Positions 19,273-29,660 of a DNA stretch of 64,000 nt are shown here, piece after piece (positions within the stretch are counted from its first letter, which is position 1; each line of letters begins with the position of its first letter). Below the pieces are notes generated by a model. The model worked only from the letters and a program-made list of their open reading frames with translations, made no database searches and had not been told where the DNA came from. The stretch covers positions 124,001 to 188,000 of IMG/VR virus record IMGVR_UViG_3300028800_000001. One strand, written 5' to 3'. Both the position numbers and the translations under genes were made by a program.

Positions 19273-22200
19273 CTACTGGGGGGTTTGTCCAAGCGCAAGA
19301 AATAACTTTGTCCAACTCCCCACGTTTGGTCCTGATGTTGCCTCCACGGTATTCACATATTGGACGACCCCGCTTGCGAGAATGCGTGGTTTAATCGTTA
19401 CTTTGCTAATAAGATATTGCACATCGAAAATACCATGCTCCGGCAGAAACACCGTGAGCTGCTGTCCGGCTGCAAGGCCGGAACGAAGCGTATCAAAAGT
19501 CAGCGTTGTGGTCAGTATGGCGTACTGTGCAAGGCGTGCGTTTGCTAACTGCTGTGCTGCGCTTTTACTGAGCCCTGCTGCTGTCTCAATGGCTTCAACA
19601 ATGCCTGTCCCTCCCTGGAGCGCGGCAAGCGCCGTTTGGGCTGCGGTATTGTCAGCGGAAACCACCACCGGTATCTGTCCGTAATACTGAACAACGAGCG
19701 CGTCAGTAATGCCAAGTGGTGTCTCAGAAGGATCTTGCGCAATCGTAGAGTCTCCTGCTGCGTAATAGAAATCCATACCAGTGTCCACACCTGAGACACC
19801 TACCTGCTGTGTGACCCCATTACGCGTAATCACAGGAGCCGGTGTACTGCCGGTTACATCTGCAACCGCATAGGCCAATGCCCAGGCTTGCGTAAAGCCG
19901 TCTCCCATACGTGTATCGGTGACCAGCGTGGTCGTATCCAAACCGCCCAAAATCCACTGTCTATTACGATAGAGCGGTGAGGTATTTTTATATTTTGGTG
20001 TGGCCTGTGCAAGCAGATCGGAGGATTGCAAAATAAATGGTGAGAGTACGGCTGGTCTATTTTGAAAGAGAAGATTTCTGTTGACATCAATCCCCCACCA
20101 GAAGTTATTGGTTTTTACCAGATCATCAAAGAGTGCTGAGATGGTATTTTGATATTGATATCCAGTGACCGGAATCACCACCCCCGTGTCAATATTCGGA
20201 TTTCTGACGGCAGTCGTGAGGTCAGTCAAGATAGGGCTCACGGTTGGATCGGTAGAAGTCATGACAACCTTTGTCACCACTGTTTGCGTGGTAAGCGCTA
20301 CGCCCTGCGGTTGCACCCAAAATTGATAATATCTTGATTGATTATTGAAGTTCGAGAGTCCAACTTGCCCTACGCCAAGTGGGGAACCGTCCGTGTACGT
20401 AATAGTAGAGACACCATCAAAATACACCGTGATCAAAGATCCAATCATCGTGGTGCGAATACGATGATACGTGCCATGCGCAAATGTGATACTTTGTGTG
20501 GCTAACTGACTAATTGTGCCGGAAGCCATTTTATAGAGTCTGAGTACATTGGTGGCAAAGGCACTCGAAGAGTCACCGACGACCACGAAATAATAATTTG
20601 ATGCATTCACGTAGTGAAAAACAACTCCACCAGCATCCGTAATGTCCATATCAACGATTATATCAACGTCGCCGATAGCCGTTAACGCATTGACTAAAAA
20701 GAGTGCGTTTGTGCCATTGTGCGCAGTAATACGACTGTTCACCAGATCATACGACCATGACGTTGCTAGCGCCCCGCCTGTGCCAAAGGTTGCGGTATAG
20801 TTGGCTGACGTGTTGACGTTGAATTGATCAACAGTCGGATCTGGCTCTGTAAGAAGCCCCGTGATAGGATCGCCAGAGGTGCTAATAGGAGTATAGACAA
20901 GTCCATTGAGTGTTGTTGAAACTAAAAGAGACGTGTTTGTTGGCGTATATGCATTCCAGGTCACACTGGTTGAACCACAGCGCACAGCAGGGCTCAGCGC
21001 AAGGGAAACAGTGTTGCGAAAACCGGTTGCATTATATGCTCCCACGACAAGCCATGTAATTCCTTCAAGCGTAGGCGTTGCATTTGCATTCTGTGTATTG
21101 AGTGTTTCTCGTACCAGCAGTGATTTCCCGACGACATTTGTGCCATTAGGAAGCTGCGGAATACTCCCCCCGTTGGTGCAGGTTTGCCACGTGGAACCGC
21201 CATCAATCGATGCTTCAATCACAATGTCCGTATTGGTCGGCTCGCTGCTATTCCATTGGATAAGAGAACTATACACAGAGCCAAGTGCATTCAACGAAAG
21301 CGCTGGCTGCACCCGCGTTCCTACAAATGCACTACTCATAATGCCAAAATTGGTATAAAACGCTGATTGTCTTGGCGTCGTATTATTCCACAATCTCACT
21401 CCCACATATCCAGCATTCGGCCAGGAACTATCAGTCACAGAAAGTTCAAGAATGTTGTTAATATAAAACTGATGACTATTCCCATTAATGACCATCTTTA
21501 AGCGATAAATCTGCCCCGCCTGAAAGTTAATGGTGCCTGCTGACGTGCCAAGCGAGGTTGAACCGCCTCCACCGGAACTGGTATTTGTTCCTTTATAGAG
21601 TGCGATAGATGTTGCCTGTAGTTGAAGCGTGTACGCGTAGGTATCATCCACATTTTGCCAACCGGTCGTTCTATAGACCACATTTGGCATAAATGTGCCT
21701 GACGCCTGCGATTCAATATCTATTTCTAGAATAAAATTCTGCCATTGTCCTGCAAAATCAAAACGGCTGGAAACAAAATTAGGCGTAGTTGGTGCGCCTT
21801 CACGTATTTGTAATTGCCCACCGGAAAGCGATACAATCGGATTTCCGGTTCCAGTTCCAAAGGTTGTTTGCCCTGTTACAGAGTTGCTGACATTAATAAT
21901 GGAGCCCGATCCCCAGGCTGAAAATGCACCAGTTATTTGCTCACCTGAGCCACTTACGTAGGACACATTCGTAAGCGTTCCTGCGCTAAAATCTATAGAA
22001 GTGCTATCGCTGTTGTGCTGGTCAGTTTTTGTCGCAGTGTAGGATGGTGAGATCGTTACCGTACAATCGGAGATGGACGGCGTAATCTCAGGATTTGGGC
22101 CAGCGAGCGCAAGCGTCTGTCTAAGGGTAATCGTCTGGCTTGTGGTGGTAAATCCAGCAGGCAAACTTGGAATAGGAGCATGATTGCTGCACGCCTGCCA

Positions 22201-23463
22201 TGTTGCTCCACCATCAAAAGAGGTTTCCACTGTCACGGGTGGAAGATAGGTATTTGAGTTGGCGGTGCTTTGTACATAGTCAGGAGTCACCCAGGAAATA
22301 AGGCTATCGCTGGCAATGGCCGGTGCTGAAATGCTATAGGCTGGCGAGATGCGTTGCCCAACATCATTGTACGCGGTGACCACTGAGAGCTGATATCCGT
22401 AATACGCAGAATTTCCCACAACTTGATGCTTCGAATAGGTCGTACTAAAGATCGTAGCGCGTACGGTTCCTCCACTGTTTTTAATCGTCACATTACGCAC
22501 ATAGATGGTATAGGTTCCTGCGGTATCACCTTCCAGAGCAATCACCGCATGACTTGTCGTTTTTCCAATCATGGTCGTTGTATTAGGATTGTTGAAACCA
22601 ATCTCTCGATGATACCATGTATCCTTTGCATAATTAGAAAGATCGGTATTTGGATGCATGTTCACCCCATATTGATCAACCAACGTCACATCGCGTGCTG
22701 CGGTACCATCGGTCGCAATTACATCGATGCCACCACAGATAACAGGCGACGTAGAAGAAATAAAAATATCATAGGAAAGATAGTCACCTGTCGCTAAGAC
22801 AAGACTTGGAGTTGCAATCATGGTATACAGGTACGCATTACTGGAGATATTGGGGGCAACCGTTCCCGTATATTTCATCGCTTTGGTAGAGGCAAGCACG
22901 AGAGAATTATTACTGCCCACCACTTCATTAAGCGTCCCTGTATTAAAATCAGCGGTGGAAGTTTCGGTCTTACTAAATTCTGTGCCAGAGGGGGAAAGCG
23001 TCAGCCCTTGCGTCGTAGCTGTGGTATTGGAAAGTGTGCCCGTACTCATCGTCGCCTGACTATTGTCATGATCAATCGCGACATTGGCAACAATCCCTTC
23101 TGGTACGAGATACTTTGTTGCAACATCAGCCACAATATCGCCAGAAGCACGTTCCACATATTCGTTATCAGTAAAATAGCGATTGTCTGAGAAATAACGC
23201 TGATCAACTGCACTGATGTTACTCATAATATCGCTGCCAGGGATAAGCTTTGTTTCTTCAGCGTCCGTCAAAATGCCATTAAAGAGGAGCCCAAGCGTGG
23301 AATCGGTAATCGTACATGTTTGTCCACGAGTATAATGATTAGACCCTCCACTATCATAAACTGTAAAACTTGCGGTTGCCCGTTCATCGATACTGTTTTC
23401 TATCGAAATACTAGCCACGGTGGCATTCACGGTGACGCCGCCAATCGTAACAGTCATACTCAT
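19273..23463 (-). CDS. baseplate hub/tail-tip protein with inserted ConA/DUF1080-like lectin domains
   Basis: directly after the tape measure gene; hub-like N- and C-termini; two internal beta-sandwich modules (YRLKMVINGNSHQFYIN..GYVGV and YHRIRTTMIGSLITVYFDG..GQVGL). Confidence 0.7.
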   Translation of the reverse strand: MSMTVTIGGVTVNATVASISIENSIDERATASFTVYDSGGSNHYTRGQTCTITDSTLGLLFNGILTDAEETKLIPGSDIMSNISAVDQRYFSDNRYFTDNEYVERASGDIVADVATKYLVPEGIVANVAIDHDNSQATMSTGTLSNTTATTQGLTLSPSGTEFSKTETSTADFNTGTLNEVVGSNNSLVLASTKAMKYTGTVAPNISSNAYLYTMIATPSLVLATGDYLSYDIFISSTSPVICGGIDVIATDGTAARDVTLVDQYGVNMHPNTDLSNYAKDTWYHREIGFNNPNTTTMIGKTTSHAVIALEGDTAGTYTIYVRNVTIKNSGGTVRATIFSTTYSKHQVVGNSAYYGYQLSVVTAYNDVGQRISPAYSISAPAIASDSLISWVTPDYVQSTANSNTYLPPVTVETSFDGGATWQACSNHAPIPSLPAGFTTTSQTITLRQTLALAGPNPEITPSISDCTVTISPSYTATKTDQHNSDSTSIDFSAGTLTNVSYVSGSGEQITGAFSAWGSGSIINVSNSVTGQTTFGTGTGNPIVSLSGGQLQIREGAPTTPNFVSSRFDFAGQWQNFILEIDIESQASGTFMPNVVYRTTGWQNVDDTYAYTLQLQATSIALYKGTNTSSGGGGSTSLGTSAGTINFQAGQIYRLKMVINGNSHQFYINNILELSVTDSSWPNAGYVGVRLWNNTTPRQSAFYTNFGIMSSAFVGTRVQPALSLNALGSVYSSLIQWNSSEPTNTDIVIEASIDGGSTWQTCTNGGSIPQLPNGTNVVGKSLLVRETLNTQNANATPTLEGITWLVVGAYNATGFRNTVSLALSPAVRCGSTSVTWNAYTPTNTSLLVSTTLNGLVYTPISTSGDPITGLLTEPDPTVDQFNVNTSANYTATFGTGGALATSWSYDLVNSRITAHNGTNALFLVNALTAIGDVDIIVDMDITDAGGVVFHYVNASNYYFVVVGDSSSAFATNVLRLYKMASGTISQLATQSITFAHGTYHRIRTTMIGSLITVYFDGVSTITYTDGSPLGVGQVGLSNFNNQSRYYQFWVQPQGVALTTQTVVTKVVMTSTDPTVSPILTDLTTAVRNPNIDTGVVIPVTGYQYQNTISALFDDLVKTNNFWWGIDVNRNLLFQNRPAVLSPFILQSSDLLAQATPKYKNTSPLYRNRQWILGGLDTTTLVTDTRMGDGFTQAWALAYAVADVTGSTPAPVITRNGVTQQVGVSGVDTGMDFYYAAGDSTIAQDPSETPLGITDALVVQYYGQIPVVVSADNTAAQTALAALQGGTGIVEAIETAAGLSKSAAQQLANARLAQYAILTTTLTFDTLRSGLAAGQQLTVFLPEHGIFDVQYLISKVTIKPRILASGVVQYVNTVEATSGPNVGSWTKLFLALGQTPQ

Positions 23464-26400
23464 ACGTGTACTCCGGTTTTCACGCGTATATAATCAGCAA
23501 TTGGTTGACCTACAGACTGTCCAATCAATTTGCTGTCTAGCTGGACATAAATATTGGCGGTTCCTGATTTTGCGGCATTCGCCGCCCCTTGCGCAAAGAA
23601 GGAACTGTTCACCCCAATAGAAGAGGAGATAGGAAGCGCCATCGAAAGCGCGCCGCGTACAGAGGAAGCGGCAAGCAGCGCCGCTTTTTGCAAATTAGGA
23701 ATGCCCCCAATCATACCGCTCGTCATCATCGTCATGAGATTTGGCATCCAGGTGTCGGCATCACTTCCTGGTCCCTCCTCGGTCGGACTATGAAATCCTA
23801 AGATGCTCGCGAGCTTACCTGCTGCTTGCCCTACTGCTCCTGCAAGATCACCAAGTTTTGATTCAATGCCACTGATAAGCATGCCAATCAGATTCGCGCC
23901 TGCCGACCAGAGTTGACTTGCAAGACCACCAATGGTGCCCAGAAAATTCGAGACAAAGCCCTGTACCAGCGCAATCGCCTGATCCTTTAATTGCCCAATA
24001 CGATCAAGGAAACCAGACACCATCGCCTGTACTTTCGAGATCACATTGACCTGAAGCCACGCAACAGCTTGATTGACTAATTGCCCCAATTGTAAAAAGC
24101 GGTACTCCACCCCAATTTTGAGATCATCAATGACTGATTTTACTTTCTCTCCCATTTGACTAAAAAAATTGCCAACGTTATTTTTGATATCAGTAGCAAT
24201 CTGCCGTAGATGCGTACCAAGCCAATCGAAGGCATTACCAACATTTGTCTTGACAAAGTTTGCGGCCTCGTTTAAATGCGTACCGAGCCAATCAAATGCG
24301 CCCCCCACATCATTTTTTATATTCGTTGCGATTTCGCGCAGATGCGTGCCTAAACCATCAAAAAAGTTTCCGACACCGGTCTTGATATCTCCAGCAATCT
24401 GAATAACTTTTGCTTTGGTATCGTTAAAAGCTTTCGTCACATCATCAACAGCGGCTTTCCAGTAGGTGTTATGCTGATACATCCATTGACCGGCCTTCAC
24501 GGCTCCGACACCTGCGTCATGCAGCGTTGTGCCAAGCGAATTGAAACGATCCCCTACCCAGTTCTTCGTATTGGTTGCAGCCGTACGCATGGTTGTGCCC
24601 AAATCGTTAAATTTATCTCCCACAAAGTTCTTGGTCGCGGTCGCAAATTGGCGCAGATGCGTGCCCAGGTCACTAAAGAATTGCTTGATTTGATTGATGT
24701 GCGTCATAATAAGGAGCGCTGCAATGCCAAATGGGCCAGTCAAAGCAACCAGGGCAATTGCTCCCAGGACTTTCAAAATGTTCATAATCGTATTGGCGTT
24801 TGATTGGAAAAAGCCCACGATCTTTGCCCAAAGCCCCTGGAAAAAAGCGACAATCTGATTCCAGTGCTGGACAACGAGCACCACAATCGCGATTAAAATA
24901 CCCACTGCCAAAATCACGAGCAAAATCGGCCACGTAAGCGCAATCATGCCTGCTGCTGCTGTCCAGAGTGCACCTGCCATCGCAAAGAAACCACCAACTG
25001 AGGCGACAATTGCCCCTATTAAAGAGCCAACCATATCGGCAATCAGCATTGGGAGAAGCACCATCGCAAGCAGACCAAGCGGAATAGCAATCGCGATAAG
25101 AACACCTTTGAGAAGCGCCCCTGCAATTTCGTTTTGCTGAAAGAAGGTAATCATCTTCGTTAAGCCAGAGATAAATCCAGCCACGATTGGCCCGATGATA
25201 TTAAATGCGCCAGTGAGAATTCCACCAATGACTGAGGCCAGACGTAGTGCCACCGGAATGATAAAACCGAGAATGCCCATGAGCGGGGGAAGCGCTACTT
25301 CTGCAATTTTAAGCACCAGATCACGGAAGTTGATCATGATTGGTACCACATTGGAGACAATAGAACTACCCAGGCGTGCAAGCACCGGAAGAAGTTGCTG
25401 GAGCGCTGGCACCAGAGAAGATTTTGCCCACTCTCCAACTTGCTTGAGGATGTTACCAAAGAGCTCAAAACCAGCATTGAGTTGAGAACCGGTTGCGGTG
25501 CGCAACTGATTAAACGCTTGCACAAATGTGCCAGAAAGAATAGACGCGACCTGCTGTAGTGTTGGGCGAAGCTGATTGATGATACCAGTCAGAATTTGTA
25601 ACCCTTGCGTAAAGAGACGCATCACCCCACTTGCAATGCTCATTGCGCCCACAAGCGCTTGCGCCATGAAAGCACGCAAACCGTCTCCAGCGCCCTTTGT
25701 CATAGTAAAGTGCCCAACCAATCCAGTAAGGGAACTAATCAGCCCTGCGAATGCACCACGTAGTTGCGTCACCCCGTTCGTAATACTGGTAAAGTCCATG
25801 TGCGGAAGCAGATTCCCACCAACAGAGGCGATTTGCCCAAAGAAACCAAAGAGCGTCTTAAATGCCGGAACAACGGTGGAATTGAGGACAGAGCCAAGTA
25901 GGGCAAATCCTTGCGCAAGTACCCCTGCGATCACTTTGGCAAAATTCTGAAATACGGGAGAGCCTGCCAGATCGCCAAAGGCTTTTAAGGCCATCTTTGC
26001 CTGATCAAAGAGCGGCCCTGAGATGGTGCGCCACGCGGCAATCAAATTGTCCTTAATCGTGGTCAGCAATCCATTAAACGTCACGGCCTGTGCGGCCATT
26101 GCGCCACCAAAGGCTTGATGCATACCAGAGATCAAAGCAGGAATTGCCTGCTCTGAAGTCAATTTACCGGTGCGCGAAAGCTCTTGTACTTGTGTGACCG
26201 TCATATGCATTGCTTGCGCAAGATATTTCCACCCTGGAATGCCCAGGAAGGTCAACATGTTCATATCCATCGCGTTCACCTTTGACGCGGCCTGAATACG
26301 GCCAAACACGCCCACAATCTGCTGCAACGATCCGGCATCCGTACGTCCCATTGCACTGAGCGCATCCCCCATCGTCGTTAAATCCGGTATGGTGTCTTTT

Positions 26401-27080
26401 GCCTTAAAACCAAAAGCAATTAATTGCTGAGACGCGCCTGCTAAGTTCTGAAATTGGAATGGCGTTTTCGCGGCAAAATTCCACAGTTGCGTGAGATAGG
26501 TTCCTGCTGCCTGCGAAGAGCCAAGGAGTGTTTTGAAGGCAATCTTCGTTTGTTCCATCTCTGCGTCACTGGCAACGAGCCCCTGCACCATCTTGAAACC
26601 GGCAAACTGCATTTCTGTTAAGCTGTTCACTGTCTCACCGATTTGATTGCCAAAATCGACAAAACTGTGATAGCTTTCCTGTAAGCTCTCTCCGATGCCA
26701 GAGGCAAATTCAGCCACACTTGCCCCTGCCTCGCTCAAACTTCCCATCACGCTTGTGGCAAATTCAGCAACGCCAGAGGATGCAGAAGAAAACGCAGAGA
26801 CGACCGAGCTAAACGCACTATTCATCGAAGCGCTAGAAGAAGCAACAGAAGTACCCGCGCTGCTCACTGAAGAACTAACAGCCGTTCCTGCACTTGCGGC
26901 TGCGGTGGAGAGTGTAGAGCTAAAACTTTGCGAAACCGCATCTACCTGCGTACCAAAGTCAGTGAGCAGCGTTTGCGCCTGCGTAATACCTGCGGTGAAG
27001 TCAGTTAAGTTCGCGCTGAAATTTACGACCAGCTCGCCCAAGAGCGGAATAACGCACCTCCAGACCACAAGTAGACGCAA
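23460..27080 (-). CDS. tail tape measure protein
   Basis: GELVVNFSANL start, tape-measure domain EQTKIAFKTLLGS..FAAKTPF, hydrophobic middle, 22-aa repeats (LGTHLRxxATxxKNxVGxxF). The start is a few codons downstream of 27080. Confidence 0.9.
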   Translation of the reverse strand: MRLLVVWRCVIPLLGELVVNFSANLTDFTAGITQAQTLLTDFGTQVDAVSQSFSSTLSTAAASAGTAVSSSVSSAGTSVASSSASMNSAFSSVVSAFSSASSGVAEFATSVMGSLSEAGASVAEFASGIGESLQESYHSFVDFGNQIGETVNSLTEMQFAGFKMVQGLVASDAEMEQTKIAFKTLLGSSQAAGTYLTQLWNFAAKTPFQFQNLAGASQQLIAFGFKAKDTIPDLTTMGDALSAMGRTDAGSLQQIVGVFGRIQAASKVNAMDMNMLTFLGIPGWKYLAQAMHMTVTQVQELSRTGKLTSEQAIPALISGMHQAFGGAMAAQAVTFNGLLTTIKDNLIAAWRTISGPLFDQAKMALKAFGDLAGSPVFQNFAKVIAGVLAQGFALLGSVLNSTVVPAFKTLFGFFGQIASVGGNLLPHMDFTSITNGVTQLRGAFAGLISSLTGLVGHFTMTKGAGDGLRAFMAQALVGAMSIASGVMRLFTQGLQILTGIINQLRPTLQQVASILSGTFVQAFNQLRTATGSQLNAGFELFGNILKQVGEWAKSSLVPALQQLLPVLARLGSSIVSNVVPIMINFRDLVLKIAEVALPPLMGILGFIIPVALRLASVIGGILTGAFNIIGPIVAGFISGLTKMITFFQQNEIAGALLKGVLIAIAIPLGLLAMVLLPMLIADMVGSLIGAIVASVGGFFAMAGALWTAAAGMIALTWPILLVILAVGILIAIVVLVVQHWNQIVAFFQGLWAKIVGFFQSNANTIMNILKVLGAIALVALTGPFGIAALLIMTHINQIKQFFSDLGTHLRQFATATKNFVGDKFNDLGTTMRTAATNTKNWVGDRFNSLGTTLHDAGVGAVKAGQWMYQHNTYWKAAVDDVTKAFNDTKAKVIQIAGDIKTGVGNFFDGLGTHLREIATNIKNDVGGAFDWLGTHLNEAANFVKTNVGNAFDWLGTHLRQIATDIKNNVGNFFSQMGEKVKSVIDDLKIGVEYRFLQLGQLVNQAVAWLQVNVISKVQAMVSGFLDRIGQLKDQAIALVQGFVSNFLGTIGGLASQLWSAGANLIGMLISGIESKLGDLAGAVGQAAGKLASILGFHSPTEEGPGSDADTWMPNLMTMMTSGMIGGIPNLQKAALLAASSVRGALSMALPISSSIGVNSSFFAQGAANAAKSGTANIYVQLDSKLIGQSVGQPIADYIRVKTGVHV

Positions 27081-27134
27081 AATAAATAATTAATTTTTAT
27101 TTTTGTTTCTTCAGAATTTATTTTTGAAAATTAA

Positions 27135-27440
27135 TTATTTCACCAACTTGATCAGCGTAATTGTCTCGCCGCAAGGCAGTGGGCAAAAGTCATCTTCTGA
27201 GGCGTCAGGAAACTCAACTGCGCAATATTGCTCAAGAAAGAGGCTTCGGTTGCAGTCGCAGGCATAGTTTCCTTCTTCATAGAGATACTCGGCAACTTCA
27301 TAAGGTGTGCGCACCACCGCGCCATCATCATCTTCCCAGGCGTGGAAGGTTTGCGTATAGGTATAGATTTGTCCCTCATGGAGAAGAAAGATGTTAATGT
27401 CCTCGCTTTGCATTGTCCATCGCCTCTTTTTCTTCGTCAT
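27135..27440 (-). CDS. small Cys-rich hypothetical protein between chaperone and tape measure genes
   Basis: NYACDCNRSLF..C..C..C; likely start MQSEDI. Confidence 0.5.
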   Translation of the reverse strand: MTKKKRRWTMQSEDINIFLLHEGQIYTYTQTFHAWEDDDGAVVRTPYEVAEYLYEEGNYACDCNRSLFLEQYCAVEFPDASEDDFCPLPCGETITLIKLVK

Positions 27441-27573
27441 TTTTTATGCGTAAGAAGATTGCCCAATCAGTGAGCTCTTGCGAAGACATACCGAGCAAGA
27501 GCTCATTTACCGTCTTTTTTAAGCGAAGTGCCAACTCAAAGTAGAGCCGTTTCTCCGAGTTGGCATCTAAAAA
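27394..27573 (-). CDS. -1 frameshift extension of the tail assembly chaperone (gpT-like)
   Basis: the -1 frame after CAAACTTTTTAG reads FLDANSEKRLYFELALRLKKTVNELLLGMSSQELTDWAIFLRIKNDEEKEAMDNAKRGH*, resembling gpT segments; not in the ORF track. Confidence 0.7.
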   Translation of the reverse strand, partial: FLDANSEKRLYFELALRLKKTVNELLLGMSSQELTDWAIFLRIKNDEEKEAMDNAKRGH

Positions 27574-27917
27574 GTTTGCTCTGCCTCTTTAAGCTGCTCT
27601 GGTAACATGCCATTGATTTTCATTGCGGCCTGCGCAACACGCTCTAGCGCCGCCCCTGATTTAAGTGCCAAGTGATCACGATCCTCTGGCTTGAAAATAA
27701 GTTCTTTGGTCTCAGGATCGCGCATGCTGGCAATCGCAAGATTTGGGTACAGTTTGATAAGATCAGGTTGCCCGTTTTTCATCATGGCATGTTGCAACAG
27801 ATGTGCGCGGTCAGCGCCCGTCATTGCACGCACCAGAACGCTACATTCCCATTCTGGAATTTCAAGCATTTCTTCTTGTAGATCATTGGTTTGAAAAATT
27901 TTCTCACGTAAATTCAT
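27567..27917 (-). CDS. tail assembly chaperone (gpG-like)
   Basis: EIPEW..SVLVRAMTGADR...LALKSGAALER; lies between tail tube and tape measure genes. Confidence 0.8.
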   Translation of the reverse strand: MNLREKIFQTNDLQEEMLEIPEWECSVLVRAMTGADRAHLLQHAMMKNGQPDLIKLYPNLAIASMRDPETKELIFKPEDRDHLALKSGAALERVAQAAMKINGMLPEQLKEAEQTF

Positions 27918-27929
27918 GTTTTACTCCAA

Positions 27930-28592
27930 TTAATTTGCAACATAGTAAAGCTGGCTTGTAATCTCGAAAGAGAGACTTTCGTCCACCGTCGCGTTCACGG
28001 CCTGCTTGAGTTGATCCTGTTTGATATAGCCGTATGCTTCGTAGCGCGGCCCGTTTTGTGGTGCTGGCCCTGATAGCGCATCGGTAAAGAGAATAAACAC
28101 CATCAGCGCGCCTGCGCTCATCAGACTCAGAAAAGAGCCGTCATTATAAAATTTGGCAAAGCTGCCAGACGCCTTGAGCTGTCCTGGGATTTGAATCTTC
28201 CAGGCATTCGTAAAGGTCGAAGCATCATAGATATCACTATCCATAGAAAGATCCCAACTGTGCCCATCACCAAGCGCTGAATAGGTAAAGTAATTCCCTG
28301 AGACGCGCACAAACGTATTCGTGTTCGGAACACTAAAGACCAGGGCTCCGCCAACATACTGCGCGGTATAATTCGTCACGGTTGCCCATCCACCTGAGCC
28401 AGTAGCCGACGTTTGTACCGTGAGCGGTTGCGTGTTATCCCAATAGCGCTGCGTATACGTTCCAGACGGCGTCGTGTAGTGTTGATGATCACCACTATCG
28501 GTCATCGCCATATTGGTAAAAGAAACAGAAGGGGTTGCCGTGATATAAACGTTTCCCCTGTAGCCACTTACAGCAGACATAAATGCCTCCAA
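27930..28592 (-). CDS. tail tube protein paralog with about 90-aa insertion
   Basis: MSAVSGYRGNVYI and WDLSMDSDIYDASTF.NAWK.QIPG align with the neighbouring tube protein. Confidence 0.7.
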   Translation of the reverse strand: MEAFMSAVSGYRGNVYITATPSVSFTNMAMTDSGDHQHYTTPSGTYTQRYWDNTQPLTVQTSATGSGGWATVTNYTAQYVGGALVFSVPNTNTFVRVSGNYFTYSALGDGHSWDLSMDSDIYDASTFTNAWKIQIPGQLKASGSFAKFYNDGSFLSLMSAGALMVFILFTDALSGPAPQNGPRYEAYGYIKQDQLKQAVNATVDESLSFEITSQLYYVAN

Positions 28593-28680
28593 AACACAAA
28601 AAGAGACTAACGTCTTTTATTTTCGTTAATCTCTTATGAATATTTTGAAGGAAGAATGCAGTATACGCCCTATATACATC

Positions 28681-29073
28681 TTACGTATACGATAATGTGC
28701 CGCTACCCTCGAAGGATATGGATACATCGACTGTTGCGGAAACTGCCGTTTTCACGCTCATCTGCTTGATAAATGCGGTTCCCGAATAGTTATGCGTCCC
28801 ATCAGTGAAGAGCGCAAGAGCAATGCTGGTACCGCCAAAGAGTCCGGCCTGTATAAGCGCCTGTCCGGTGCTGTCTCCCTGGTATTGACGACCACTGAAA
28901 GAGCCAGACCATTTTTTGAGTCCTGGGATTTGGGTTTTCCAGGCGTTAGGAAAGGAAGAAGTATCGTAGATGTCGGCGTCAATACTGAGATCCCATTTGT
29001 CGATCTCAAGAACGACGTTTGTGGAAATTTTTACACTTCCGGCGTAGCCTGCAATTGCGGTCATATCGTGCAA
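28681..29073 (-). CDS. major tail tube protein
   Basis: MTAIAGYAGSV..EIDKWDLSIDAD..D...WKTQIPGLKKWSGSFSG...SISFEGSGTL; ATG at 29064. Confidence 0.8.
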   Translation of the reverse strand: MHDMTAIAGYAGSVKISTNVVLEIDKWDLSIDADIYDTSSFPNAWKTQIPGLKKWSGSFSGRQYQGDSTGQALIQAGLFGGTSIALALFTDGTHNYSGTAFIKQMSVKTAVSATVDVSISFEGSGTLSYT

Positions 29074-29075
29074 CT

Positions 29076-29195
29076 CCTCAAAGAAAAATCATCATCTCGT
29101 CTTTGCGTTTTCTTTGTTTCATGATGATTTTTCTTTGAGGTACAAAAAAGAGAGAATTTGGGGTGATTGCGATTTCCAAATTCTCTCTTTTTTGT
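29076..29195 (-). promoter_or_regulatory. two adjacent perfect 20-bp hairpins in the tail-tube leader
   Basis: arms 29076-29095/29121-29140 and 29142-29161/29176-29195 are exact reverse complements. Confidence 0.75.
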
Positions 29196-29219
29196 GTTAT
29201 TTACAGGTGGATACCCCTT

Positions 29220-29248
29220 ATACTAGCAGAGAATTGGCCCCGCGTCAA
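29220..29248 (-). promoter_or_regulatory. sigma70-type promoter toward tail tube genes
   Basis: TTGACG-17 nt-TAGTAT. Confidence 0.55.
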
Positions 29249-29270
29249 GAGAAAATGCGTTTTTCCCCGA

Positions 29271-29330
29271 TCTGAAAATACGGCGTAAAAATGCTTGACG
29301 TAAAACGCACGATAGGCTATACTTCCTGTA
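29271..29330 (+). promoter_or_regulatory. repeated strong promoter element, copy 1
   Basis: TCTGAAAATAC-N13-TTGACG-N17-TATACTTCCTGTA. Confidence 0.85.
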
Positions 29331-29371
29331 TAAGAAATAAACGAAAACAAAATTCAAGGAGAAATAAAAAA

Positions 29372-29644
29372 ATGAACAAAACTTTCAAAATAGAGTTCGA
29401 CCTGAATCCGGCAAGCCTGAACAGCATTCGTGATTACTTCTTCCTGGCAAGTTTCGCGCAAGACGCGCCCAAAGAGCACAACGAAGCCTGCGCACAAATC
29501 GCACGCGCACTGTCTAGCGACCGTTATAGCAATCACGCAAGCGAGCGCGCCCGTTACTTCGAGCGTATTATCAAAGACGCATCCAGCGAGGCCGCTCGTG
29601 CCATCTATAAAGAAGCTCAAGCCCTGTGCAGAAGTGCACGATAA
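29372..29644 (+). CDS. hypothetical protein
   Basis: AAGGAG RBS then MNKTFKIEF; 90 aa. Confidence 0.65.
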   Translation: MNKTFKIEFDLNPASLNSIRDYFFLASFAQDAPKEHNEACAQIARALSSDRYSNHASERARYFERIIKDASSEAARAIYKEAQALCRSAR

Positions 29645-29660
29645 TAGAAAACAGTCCAGC

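Noticed and set aside
26416-26427. GCAATTAATTGC palindrome (and single AATTAATT at 27928) as members of the paired-palindrome family
   Set aside because: They are single copies within or at the end of coding sequence, with no partner about 42 bp away.
27519-27569. TAG readthrough or stop-codon reassignment after the tail chaperone
   Set aside because: In-frame readthrough gives only about 16 residues to a TAA, whereas the -1 frame gives a gpT-like segment; conserved genes elsewhere are intact under the standard code.
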